NCBI RefSeq assembly: GCF_963921235.1
Contig: NC_086108.1
Location: 15,500,001 to 15,564,000 of the forward strand
Direction: 5' to 3'
Length of the DNA stretch: 64,000 nucleotides
From: Mobula hypostoma
Taxonomy: Eukaryota
Shown: positions 1 through 11,214 of the stretch, one piece after another
Position numbering within the stretch: position 1 is the stretch's first letter
How the letters are laid out: each line of letters starts with the position of its first letter
Program-made: the position numbers and the translations under genes
Notes under the pieces: generated by a model
What the model saw: the letters and a program-made list of their open reading frames with translations, nothing else
The model's database searches: none
Told to the model about the DNA's origin: nothing

Positions 1-312
1 ATGTTTCCTATAGTGTGTGAGTCTATGACCAGAGAGTACAGCCTCAGAATAGAGGTACATCCATTTAGAGCAGGGATGAGGAGGAATTAATTTCTTTAGC
101 CTGAGGTTCGTGAATCTGGAATTTATTGCCACAGGCAGCTGTGGAGGCCATCATAGAGTATATTTAAAGTGGAGGTTGATAGGTTCTTGATCAGTAAGGA
201 TATCAAAGGTTATAGGGAGAAGACAGGAGGATGGGGTTGTGAGGGTAATAAATCAGCCATGATGAAATGACAGATGACTTGAGGTGTTGAAAGGCCTAAT
301 TCTGCTCTTATG
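1..312 (+). mobile_element. CR1-type LINE 3' end fragment
   Basis: Degraded CR1 ORF2 C-terminus and 3'UTR ending in ...gaaaggcctaattctgctctta. Confidence 0.7.
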
Positions 313-2321
313 GACATGAAGCGAAGAATTAATTGTTTTGTCGCTAGCCCATTGAGTTCATGCCAACTCCTTGGTGAGGAACCCCAGCAGTCTTATTTCC
401 CTAAGAGCCCTGCATCTTATCCTCCTTCACAGGTGTATCAATTCCCCTTTAGTTTCTTTGCCAGTAACCTCCATTAGGAAGCAGTTAACCTATCTGCATG
501 TCTCTGAGATATGTGAGGAAGCTGGACCAAGTTATTGTTCCCTTCAAATCTCATCTCCCATTCAATTTGGCCAAAACTCATCCTCCAAATTATAATATCT
601 TATTCCAGCTTTCTCCCTGTATTCCAGGCATTATGTCGTGAACACTGAAACAGAGAAACTTCGCCGAGCCTTTATAATGCTCTGTTTCTGTGTCCAAATC
701 ATGTCTGGATTATTGTCATGTATACAAGTACTGTGAGGTAACAGATACAATGCAAAACTTGTAGGAACATTGGTACAGACAACACACAAAAATATAAATT
801 ATCCAATACAGTAAAAATCTGTGGGGGGAAAAACACAATTGAAGATTGATCCATAGTAGTCCAAGAGGTGATGTGTACCTGATGTTTGCAGGAAAGTAAC
901 AACTTCTGACAGCCCAAAACCTGCCACAAATATTGACATTACCAGGCATTCATATAAAGATAGACACATTTCCAGGATTGTTGTAAATATAGGTCCAATC
1001 CTGTTAACTGCTTGTCGATATTAACACATGCAGAGTCAAACCTTCCTTGATGTAATATTTGTTTTACCTGCTGGTGTGTGTTGATCATCAACTTGCCCCT
1101 GATTCAATCTCTCCAGTATATGTAACTCCTCTCTGTTTATTTGCTCAATATGAGTAGTTTGCCTAAGGCAGCAGAGTGGTTTAGGAAGATTGGGAGCATG
1201 AGACAGAGGTTGTAGATTAGCTTCATGCAGCTTGAGGCTGTGTCAACTTGATCAGTGACAGTAGGTCAAGGGAATATCAAAGCTAGAAGAGGTCATGGGT
1301 GATGGAACTTGCAAGTAAGTCAACTATGGTGGTGAACAGTGCTTACCAATGGCTTATTGAAACATTTAAAACCCACCCACATGGACTCCAGGGAGCTGCT
1401 TTCCCCACTGCCTTGCCTGAGGTAACAACATCAGTTGTCTTGTTCCTGCTACATCCTAATGAATTAATGTCCCAATATTTTCAATTTTAAAAAAACTTTG
1501 AGAAAAGACTGTTGTACAATATAGAAACACAGCGTGTCAGGCTGCAGCTATGGGGAGAAGAACAGTTAATTTTTCAGGCGGATGGAACTAAACACTCCAC
1601 TGATTTTTGGGCAGGTTAGAAAGATCTGTGGAGGTGGCAGTCAAAGATTTCCATTTAAAATCACTTCTAATATGACCTCAACTTTAGAAGCTTTATTGAA
1701 GGTTTGCCCTTGGGCAATAACTGTCAAATGGTGAAATCAACAATATAATAACGACACCAAAATCTCTTCAACTTTTTGCCCTCCCATATCCCAGCACCTT
1801 GAGACCCCAGGTTAGAAGTAGACAAACTGCACAGCTGACCCACAGCTGAAATAGTCTCTCCTTCTCTGCCTCTCACAGACAGTGATAATGAATTGTCGAG
1901 TGGCACTGGGGATGTTTCCAAAGAGTGTCCTGAGAAAATCCTGGAATCATGGGGGGAATTGCTGCAGAGATGGTGAGTAGCACAGCCAACCATGTAGAAG
2001 TGTGTCTGCTTTCTGCCACAACATTGTTTGATATTTCTTCTTTGGTTATTGGCAGCGCAGTTAACTGTGGTGGACTAGCACCCAACTCCCTCCCATCTTC
2101 TGTCCTTCTTCCATTATCTTTCCTTCCCTACCTGTTGCACCCCCTGCATCCTTACTCACCCCTGCTGTCTTGCATGTGCCTCCCCACTTTTTACTGTTGC
2201 TGTGGTCGTTACCACCAATGTTTCCCTTTGTTCCCACTCAAGACAGGTTTCTGTAGGTGCTTCAGCAGGAGCCGCCAGACCCAAGAATAGACGTCCTCAC
2301 TTTGCACCATTGCCCGGCAGG

Positions 2322-2550
2322 TCAGCATGATACTGAGCAAGTGCTGCAATGTCAGAAGCACTGGGTGTTGGAGGAAACAATGTATTGAGATCTTACCTTG
2401 CCATTTGAAGAATAAGACAGGAAGTTTTCCTACTGTCTTGGCTGTTCTTTGTCTCTCAATCCTGAATAGAGTCATCAGGGTCATTGAAGAAATGGCATCT
2501 CTGACAGGGCAGCACTTCCTCAGTGTTGTGCTCCTCTTTTAGTCTGGATT
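2322..2550. mobile_element. Two short DeuSINE-like remnants in inverted orientation (2322-2460 +, 2482-2550 -)
   Basis: Both resemble the recalled Deu-domain core (actgagggagtgctgcactgtcggaggtgcc). 25-nt inverted match between 2332-2356 and 2500-2524. Confidence 0.5.
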
Positions 2551-2813
2551 AAATAAATTCTGCGGCCAAGAATGCTAAGCAAAAAATAAGCCATGCTGCC
2601 ATACTGACAAAGTCATGATGTTGTGCTGGGGCCACAAAAGTATCCAGCACTGAATTTGAAAAATGCTATTGTAGGAGTGGAGTTATTACTTAAATATATG
2701 TATTTTTATTGACACATGCAGTACATGCTGAAGCTTTACTATGACTGAGCAGTAACCTTGGGTTGTGACTTGTCCTCAGTATGTATACCTATTGACAGTG
2801 TCTCTTCCTTCAG

Positions 2814-2964
2814 GCACAGCAATCTGACTACCAGACCCAAAGGGCTGCCTGTCCTTGTTAAACGTGGCATTCCAGAAGCACTCAGAGCAGAAGTTTGGCA
2901 GTTGTTGTCAGATTGCCACGATAATCAAGCAATGCTGGAAAATTACAGAATCCTGATCACTAAG
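2814..2964 (+). CDS. RABGAP1L: Internal coding exon of RAB GTPase-activating protein 1-like (start of TBC/Rab-GAP domain)
   Basis: Acceptor tctcttccttcAG|G at 2812-2814 and donor AAG|GTAAGA at 2964/2965. 151 bp = 1 nt + 50 codons: [50 protein letters not shown]. As recalled, this matches RABGAP1L (HSNLGARPKGL...[21 protein letters not shown]) better than RABGAP1 (EALRGEVW...CHNNDHLV). GPR52 downstream supports the paralog call. Confidence 0.93.
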
Positions 2965-3391
2965 GTAAGATACAGCTTAGCAGTGGAAGTAGAAGTAGAT
3001 GCCTGATTGATCAAATATCCAGAGTCCTCTGCATCATTGTATTGTATTCACACTCCTAGACCAGGAGTTGCATTTAAATTTGAACTCTGTGTTCATACCT
3101 TGTAATGCCACAGGACTGTATTCACACTTGCAGACCCATGGATCAATGTGAACATAAAAGTGCATGGTCCTGTGTTCATGCATAGCCTCACTGCACCATG
3201 CTCACGGTTTGCTTTCATACAGAATGGTATTCACACCATTGTAAGCTTCTTTATTCGAAATTTTTACATGTGTAGTTCTGAATACATACATGTAAGTGTG
3301 TGATTCAGTGGTTGGATATAGCCATGTGGGACTTATACTCACCTGTAAACTCGCTGATAGCATCTTCACAGGCCTTTGAATATTTTCTGTG

Positions 3392-5226
3392 AAGAAAGTC
3401 AAGAAGAAAAGAAAAGCTTACAAAAGGTTCAGAGAGCTAGGTAATGTTAGAGGTCTAAAAGATTGTAAGGCTGATAGGAAGGAGCTTAAGAAGGAAATCA
3501 GGAGGGCCATAAGGGGCCATGAGAAGGCCTTGGTGGGCAGGATTAAGGAAAACCCCAAGGCATTCTACAAATATGTGAAGAGCAAGAGGATAAGACGTGA
3601 AAGAATAGGACCTATCAAGTGTGACAGTGGGAAAGTGTGTATGGAACCAGAGGAAATAGCAGAGGTACTTAATGAATACAATACTTCAGTATTCACTATG
3701 GAAAAGTATCTTGGTGATTGTAGTGATGACTTGCAGCAGACTGAAAAGCTTGAGCATGCAGGTATTAAGAAAGAGGATGTGCTGGAGCTTTTGGAAAGCA
3801 TCAAGTTGGATAAGCTGCCGAGACCAGATGAGATGTACCCCAGGCTACTGTGGGAGGCAAGCGAGGAGATTGCTGAGCCTCTGGCGATGATGTTTGCATC
3901 ATCAATGGGGACGGGAGACGTTCCGGAGGAATGGAGGGTTGCGGATGTTGTTCCTTTATTCAAGAAAAGGAGTAGAAATAGCCCAGGAAATTATAGACCA
4001 GTGAGTCCTAGCTCAGTGGTTGGTAAGTTGATGGAGAAGATCCTGAGAGGCAGGATTTATGAATATTTGAAGAGGTATAATATGATTAGGAGTAGTCAGC
4101 ATGGCTTTGTCAAGGGCAGGTCATGCCTTACGAGCCTGATTGAATTTTTTGAGGATGTGACTAAACACATTGATGAAGAAAGAGCAGTAGATATAGTGTA
4201 TATAGATTTCAGCAAGGCATTTGATAAGGTACCCCATGCAGGGCTTATTGAGAAAGTAAGGAGGCATGGGATCCAAGGGGACATTGCTTTGTGGATCCAG
4301 AACTGGCTTGCCTACAGAAGGCAAAGAGTGGTTGTAGACGGGTCATATTCTGCATGGAGGTCGATCACCAGTGGAGTGCCTCGGATCTGATCTGGGACCC
4401 TTATTCTTCGTGATTTTTATTTGACCTGGATGAGGATGGGTTAGTAAGTTTGCTGATGACACAAAGGTTGCAGGTGTTGTGGACAGTGTGGAGGGCTGTC
4501 AGAGGTTACAGCGGGACATCAGTAGGATGCATAACTAGGCTGAGAGTGGCAGATAGAGTTCAACCCAGATAAGTGTGAAGTGATTCATTTTGGTAGGTCA
4601 AATATGATGGCAGAATATAGTATTAATAGTAAGACTCTTGGCAGTGTGGAGGATCAGAGGGATCTTGGACTCCGAGTCCATAGGACACTCAAAGCTGCTG
4701 CGCAGGTTAACTCTGCGGTTAAGAAGGCATATGGTTTCTTGGCCTTCATCAATCGTGGAATTGAATTTAGGAGCCAAGAGGTAATGTTGCAGCTATGTAG
4801 GACCCTGGTCAGACCCCACTTGGAGTACTGTGCTCAGTTCTGGTCGCCTCACTACAGGAAGGATGTGGAAGCCATAGAAAGGGTGCAGAGGAGATTTTCA
4901 AGGATGTTGCCTGGTTTGGGGAGTATGCCTTATGAGAATAGCTTGAGTGAACTCGGCCTTTTCGCCTTGGAGCGATGGAGGATGAGAGGTGACCTGATAG
5001 AGGTATATCTATTATGTAGAGTGCAAGTTTTTTATGCAGAGTGGTGAGTGCATGGAATGGGCTGCCGGCAACGGTGGTGGAGGTGGATACAATAGGGCCT
5101 TTTAAGAGACTTTTAGATAGGTACATGGGGCTTAGTAAAATAGAGGGCTAAAGGTAAGCCTAGTAATTTCTATGGTAGGGACATGTTCGGCACAACTCTG
5201 TGGGCTGTAGGTTTTCTATGTTTCTA
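3392..5226 (+). mobile_element. CR1 LINE, 5'-truncated, frameshifted ORF2 (reverse transcriptase)
   Basis: ORFs 3389-4390 (PGNYRPVS, QHGFVKGRSCLTSL, YIDFSKAFDKVPH) and 4580-5047 (LVRPHLEYCAQFWSP). Tail gttttctatgtttcta. Confidence 0.95.
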
Positions 5227-6419
5227 AGATTCCTCAGGTTTATCAGGAGGATGTGGTTGCAGGAACAGTTTTCTTACATGTTTTAGGTTTGACTGGCTCT
5301 ATTATTTCAGTTCTGGAGAATTTCTGTTCGGCAAACCGTTCAGTGTTCAACTTACTGTAACACTTATACATGCAGTGGATTTAAATATAGACAAAGAGTT
5401 CACTTTCTCTTAGGTGCATTTAAAACTTGCACGCTTTTGTATCATTCAACATTTATGTTATGTTAATTTATCACATCCTTTCTTTTGTGTCCTCTGTATT
5501 AATTGTCTTTGTAGTGCATCAGCTTCCATGCCATGCAGTTCACAGTGAGAGTCTCTGCATTAACTGGCTTTTTCATTACATGAAGGACCAAAACCTTGAT
5601 TTCATATTGGGGAATAATTGCTTACCATTGTTTTCATCTTGTCAAAATGCCCCAGTGGCTGGGCACTGAACCTGGGAGTTGTGCTCAACTTGGAGCCTTC
5701 ACTGAATTTAGATTGTTAGTGATGGACGTAGCTTTTCTTGCCTTTATTCCTCCTACACCTGCATTTTGCGGGTGTTGGAAGAGTTGTCTGTAATTGGCTC
5801 CAAATGCATAATGTGTTCATGTGATGTGCACTGTGAAGCTATAAAGCTGGTGTGTTTTCTGGAACTTTCCCTCAAAAGACATTGAAAGCAGAGTCCTTGA
5901 ATGTAGATTTATATAGTTTCTTGATGAGCAGAAGCGTTCTAGGATGAGTATAACCAGAGCTAAGGGACTGCAGATGCTGACATCTGGAACAAAAAGCAAA
6001 CTGCTGGAAGAGCTGTGGGTTGAGTAGCATCTGTGGGAGAAAAGAGCTGATGAGGTTTCAGGAAAGAGGGGGGAAGATATCCCAGTCACTTAATGATACC
6101 TGTCTCACCCATTTTACTCTCTTTATTTTCCTTTTCTACTCCCACGTCAACAATTCCTCCTTAGATGCTAACGACCTTTTGTATTTGTCCAGCAGTTGGT
6201 TTTTGCACCAGTACTAATGAGGGAATGTTGTACGTTCAATTTCAACGTTCACAGGGTGCACAGGGGAAGAAAAGCTTGGGCAACAGTGAATGTCTGCTCA
6301 GTGTTGTGGTAATGTACTCATCATTTCCGGTGTAAAAGAGTCAAAGAATACGCTTTCCTCGAGTCCCTTACACAACCTCAGTGCTTCATTGGTTGTTATG
6401 TGAGCACTACCATGTACTA

Positions 6420-6700
6420 GGACCTTATCTACAGCAAGTTTCTGGAAACAGCAGCTTTACAGGATAACCTTCTTTGGTGGTGTTACTGGCGGAATGCATT
6501 TGGCCGGGATACCAGGTGAAAACACTGCTCTTCCTTGGAATGTTTTCTATTCACCTGTCAGGGCAGAGGGATTGTTTAACACCCTAACTTAAAAATAAAC
6601 ACCTTTGTCACCTGAGTGTCAGCTTAGCTTTTTGTCCTCCCCTCCCAGGTGGGACATGAACCCATCGATATCCTTCTGACTCGAAAGTTAAAATGCTTTT
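6420..6700 (-). mobile_element. DeuSINE-like remnant
   Basis: ggccgggataccaggtgaaaacactgctcttcc...acctgtcagggcagag...gtttaac resembles the reverse Deu domain. tRNA-like head (ggtgggacatgaaccc...ccttctgactc) near 6650-6685. Confidence 0.45.
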
Positions 6701-6744
6701 TATGAGCTTTGGCAGGGAAAAGTGGAGAAGGAAAGGGTGACAAA

Positions 6745-6845
6745 CAAGAGAAAATCTACAAATGCTGGAGGAACTCGGCAGGCCAGGCAGCATGTATGGA
6801 AAAAAGTACGGTCGTTGTTTTAGGCAGAAACCCTTCAGCAGAAAA
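6745..6845 (-). mobile_element. Penelope-like element 3' terminus fragment
   Basis: aaatgctggaggaactcggcaggccaggcagcat... matches the terminus of the PLE at 14761-14860. Confidence 0.7.
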
Positions 6846-7465
6846 GGGTGAGGTGCTCTAGGAGCTGAAAGCACCTTGGTGAGGAAAGGATATTGGCAAT
6901 ATCACATTGCAAGACCCTCTACTTTGTGGTTAGGAAGGACAACAGATGAAAGGACTGTGAAATATGAAAGGAAACCGGTTTAAACTCTGCAGATTAAAAA
7001 CGTGACAACATGCAGTAGAGAATGTACATATTGAAGAATTTATATGTTTGCATAAATCATGTCACCTTCCAGACAGTTCAAACGTTTACCTGTCAATAAC
7101 AAAGATAAGCTCAAGTTAAAAGCAGATGAAAGATAATTAAAATTGGAAATTTCATGAATGGGAGTAATAGCGGTAGAAAACTGTGAATACATGCTTTAAA
7201 TTCTCTTGTTTTCAATGCTGAGGCTTGAAATACCATCACTCAGCCAGATTTGGAATGTTGCTTTGTCAGTTTGATTGCTGTTATGTTGCAGGCCCAGGAG
7301 GAAAAGAAGCACTGTTTCACTCTTGGTTTGTGAGCTATGAAGGCAGACAGTAGAATAATAGCCAGTCTGATATAAATGCTGTGATTATTATACTCAAAAG
7401 TGATGCTGATCAGATTTTACAGAGACTTTATCCAGTGAACTTGTGGTTATTTTACTTTATCTATT

Positions 7466-7710
7466 GACATACAGCATGGAGTAGGCCCTTCCAGCCCTTC
7501 GAGCCACACTGCCCCAGCAATTCCACAACCCTGATTAACTCTAACCTGCAACAACCAATTAATCTATCGGTACGTCTTTGGATTGTGGGAAGAAATCAGA
7601 GCAGCTGGAGAAAACCCATGTATTTCATGGGGAGGTTATACTCCTTACAGAACAGTGCTGGAACTGAACTTCAAACTTTGGATTGGCCTGTGCTGTAATG
7701 TTGCTCGTGT
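7466..7710 (-). mobile_element. V-SINE (HE1-like) with CR1-type tail
   Basis: gtacgtctttggattgtgggaagaaatcagagcagctggagaaaacccatg resembles the reverse V-domain. The tail taggcccttccagccc is shared with CR1 3' ends. Confidence 0.7.
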
Positions 7711-7802
7711 ACGGGAGCATTTTTTTAAAAAAATTGACATTGTTAGCTTAACAAGATGAATTTCAGAATGCAGTTAAATTTATTTAGATTATGTAAAAGA
7801 GA

Positions 7803-8325
7803 AATAGAACTTTGAAATCTACAGCACATTACAGGGTCTTTGACCCACAATGTTGTGCCGACCATGTAACCCACTCTAGAAACTTCCTAGAATTTCCCTA
7901 CCGCATAGCCCTCTATTGTTCTAAGCTCCATGTACCTAAGAGTCTCTTAAAAGACCTTATTGTATCCACCTCAACCACCGTTGCTGATAGTGCATTCTGC
8001 ACACCCACCACTCTCTGTGTGAAAAGCATACCTCTGACATTCCCCTTGTACCTACTTTCAAGCACTTTAAAACTATGCCCCCCTTGTGTTAGCCATTTCA
8101 GCCTGGGGAAAAGCCTCTGGCTATCCACACCATCAATGCCTCTCGCCATCTTATACACTTCTATCAGGTCACCTCTTATCCCCCATCACTCTAAGGCGAA
8201 AAGGCCAAGTTCACTCAACCTATTCTCATAAGGAATGCTGTCCAATCTGGGCAACATCCTTTTAAATCTCCTCTGCACTCTCTCTATAGTATCCACATCC
8301 TTCTTGCAGTGAGGTGACCAGAACA
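7803..8325 (-). mobile_element. CR1 LINE 3' fragment
   Basis: Minus-strand ORFs 7913-8158 and 8186-8431 give the CR1 ORF2 C-terminus (FWSPH...IERVQRRF, LFTQRVVG). Confidence 0.9.
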
Positions 8326-8469
8326 GGCATGTTCTTTTAGTGTTTCTCCCTTGGCATAGAATGCAGTAAGTTGGAGATGATGCTATTGTAAAGAATAGTC
8401 TGATGTGGTGGTTATTGGATTGATTTATCAAGTATTTTGAGAGGTGGGCTCAGGTATTGGAGAGCAAAA

Positions 8470-8830
8470 CTTACTTATTTGAATGGTGCATTTTGCTTCC
8501 TTACAGCCAATGAAGTGCAGAGCATGGGTGGGGTGTGTTAAATGAAAACAGATATTTTGTGCACAGCAGAATCCCCAAAACAGCCACATGACAATTACTA
8601 TATTATCTGTTGTGATTGAAGTGATAGAGTAGTGTGACATTTACCTGATGATCTGTGGAAATAAATTTTCAAAATAGAAATATTAAATCTTTTATTTTTG
8701 TTTCAATGAGTGCTGGGAACCTACATTAAAACAGCATTTCCTCATTTCTTGACTGGGCAATTCAGCCTGGGTCATGGGATTGAAGTTCTAGAGTGAGATT
8801 TAAATTCACAAGCTTCTGCCTTAGATACAG
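8470..8830 (-). mobile_element. DeuSINE-like remnant
   Basis: ttacagccaatgaagtg...gcacagcagaatccccaaaacagc...atctgttgtgattg and a tRNA-like head remnant (gagtgagatttaaattcacaagcttctgccttag). Confidence 0.45.
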
Positions 8831-8906
8831 CCTGAAGTGATGCACATACTTTTCTGAGAAATGTTGGCAGGGAATTCCATTGAAATATCTTTTTACTGAC
8901 TTTGCT

Positions 8907-9240
8907 TAGACCATGAGATCTAGGAGCAGAACTGGGCTACTCAGCCTATCAAATCAAATCATGGTTGTTTTTTTTCAATTCCATTCTCCTGCTTTCTTCC
9001 CATAATTCTGAACTCTCTTTAGCAATCAAGGACTTAACAATCTCTGCCAATTACTTGGCCTCTACAGCTGTCTGTGGCAACAAATTCCACAGATCTACCT
9101 CGTTCTGTCTGAAGAAATCCCTCCTCACCTTAGTTTTAAAGGGACATTCCTTTATTCTGAGGCTGTGTCCTCAGATCCTAGACTTTCCTAATAATGGAAA
9201 CATCCTCACCATGTACCCTCTATCCAGGCCTTCCTTACTT
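8907..9240 (-). mobile_element. CR1-type LINE 3' fragment
   Basis: Reverse complement resembles the 3' end seen at 1-312. Confidence 0.65.
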
Positions 9241-10044
9241 TGGTATGTTTGTAAGTGTGATTATTTATCTGGTCTTTTTGCCAACTCTGAATCAATGCCT
9301 CTAATGATTCAGTCATTTCACCAAAGAAACCAAATCCATCTTCATCACTCTTTGTACCACTGGGAGGGTAAAAGATGAAGTTTTCACCTCATTCACTTGT
9401 GTGCGAATGATAGATCTTCAAGAATTGTGCACCTTGATATGAATGGATGAAAACTTCATCTTTAAAAACATTTTTGAGTTACGGGTGTTGCCTTGCTTGC
9501 CTTTGAGAAAGTGGCAGTGAGACTCACACTTCCTAAAACCCTGCAGTCCTGGTGGTGAAAGTGGAGGCAAGAATGACTGCAGATGCTGGAATCTAGCAAC
9601 AAGCAATGTGCTGGAAGAAACTAGTGGCTCAGATGCATCTGTGGTGGGGTTATTCATATTTTAGATTAAACTGCTGCATCAGAAGCCTTTGACAAAGATA
9701 ATAGGACAGGTGACCAAAAACTTGGGCAAAGAGAGAGGTTAACTGGAGGTGTAATAACATAAACATGAAGGGGGGCAGGCCATGTCACCATATGAACCTG
9801 CTCCACCATTCAGTAATTGACCTGATATCCGTATTGGTTACTATTGTCACTGCTACCGAGATTCAATGAAGAGCTTTTGTTTTGCGTGCCATCCAGATAG
9901 ATCATGCTATGTATAAATACAACAGGATAGTAAAAAGTTTTAGAGAAAGCACAGTGCAAGTACACAAAATGCATTGATGATGATGAGCTAGATCAGGAGA
10001 TAACGTTTGTTTTTTAGGTACGAGAAGTCAGTGGTCTGGTTGAC

Positions 10045-11043
10045 TGTGGGTGCTGTGTCCCAGCTGTTTACATGATACACAAGCCAAGACAGTAGGATAT
10101 GGAGAGCAAGCTGTGCAAAGCTCCCCCTCTCTGCACAGCTGATGAATCCAAGGGAATGGCAGGTACCAATACAGTTTGGCATCAGCGGCATTGCAGAAGT
10201 TGCAAGTCAGCACTGATCTCAAGGAGGCATGGGATCCAAGAGGACATTGCTTTGTGGATCCAGAAATGGCTTGCCCACAGAAGGCAAAGAGTTGTTGTAG
10301 ACAGGTGATATTCTGCATGGAGGTCAGTCACCAGTGGTGTACCTCGGGGATCTGTTCTGGGACCCCTGTTCTTCGTGATTTTTATAAATGACCTGGATGA
10401 AGAAGTGGAGGGATGGGTTAGTAAATTTTCTGATGATGCAAAGCTTGGGGGTGTTGTGGATAGTGTGGAGGTCTGTCAGAGGTTACAGCAGCACATTGAT
10501 AGGATGCAAAACTGGGCTGAGAAGTGGCAGATGGAGTTCAACCCAGATAAGCATGGAATGGGTTGCTGGCAATGGTGAAAGCGGATACGATAGGGTCTTT
10601 TAAGAGACTCCTGGACAGGTACATGGATCACAGAAAAGGCTATGGGTAACCCTAGGTAATTTCTAAGGTAAGGACGTGTTCGGCACAGCTTTGTGGGCTG
10701 AAGGGCCTGTCTTGTGCTGTCGGTTTTCTGTGTTTCAATGTAGGTCTGTCTTAGGGACTCCAGCTCTGTTTTTTTTTCCCCTCAGGATTTACTCCCAAAG
10801 CCTTCCCTATGATTTCAGATGAGCTGCCAATCACAGCTGACGACCCCATCTGCCTGAAGTGACCAGTTTTAAGGTGGCAGTAGCCTGCTTTTACTCTTTC
10901 TCTTGTCAGTAGAAATGGTACCACCAGGCTTAGTAGCAAAGCTGAATGTGAAGGCCAGGAGTTGGACTTAGTTGTCAAAGGCTATTTGAGATGTACACCA
11001 TTGGGAGCATTTAATAGGTAGTGGGAATTTATCTCCAATACCA
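10045..11043 (-). mobile_element. RTE-clade 5'UTR-like non-coding element, split by a CR1 insertion
   Basis: 10045-10222 and 10740-11043 align colinearly with the uninterrupted copy at 21262-21821. RTE assignment is from recalled 5'UTR motifs. Confidence 0.6.
10223..10739 (+). mobile_element. CR1 LINE fragment with internal deletion
   Basis: RT segment ([20 protein letters not shown]...WQMEFNPDK) joined at ~10551 directly to the ORF2 end and tail. Confidence 0.9.
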
Positions 11044-11214
11044 AGGAGAGAGATAATTTAAGAGGCTGTTAACAATACAATCTGGTGGTACATGTTTTTA
11101 AGCTTTTTTATCTTCTGCACATTGGGAGATGGGAAAGAGAGAGTTATTGGGGGGTGAGAAGAGGGACATGATAATGGTTTTTTACTGAGGCAGTTGGAAG
11201 TGCAGAGAGAGTCA

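Noticed and set aside
2758..3006. 82-aa ORF as a standalone gene
   Set aside because: Only 2814-2964 is exon. The flanks are intronic read-through past clear splice sites.
3030..3240. Recurring GTATTCACAC motif (~3044, 3118, 3227)
   Set aside because: Spacing is irregular and similarity is short. Most likely a decayed tandem duplication with no supportable function.
3565..3963. Antisense ORFs over CR1 copies (also 31540-32040)
   Set aside because: They recur only because the copies are homologous, and they reflect the codon bias of the RT strand. No independent coding evidence.
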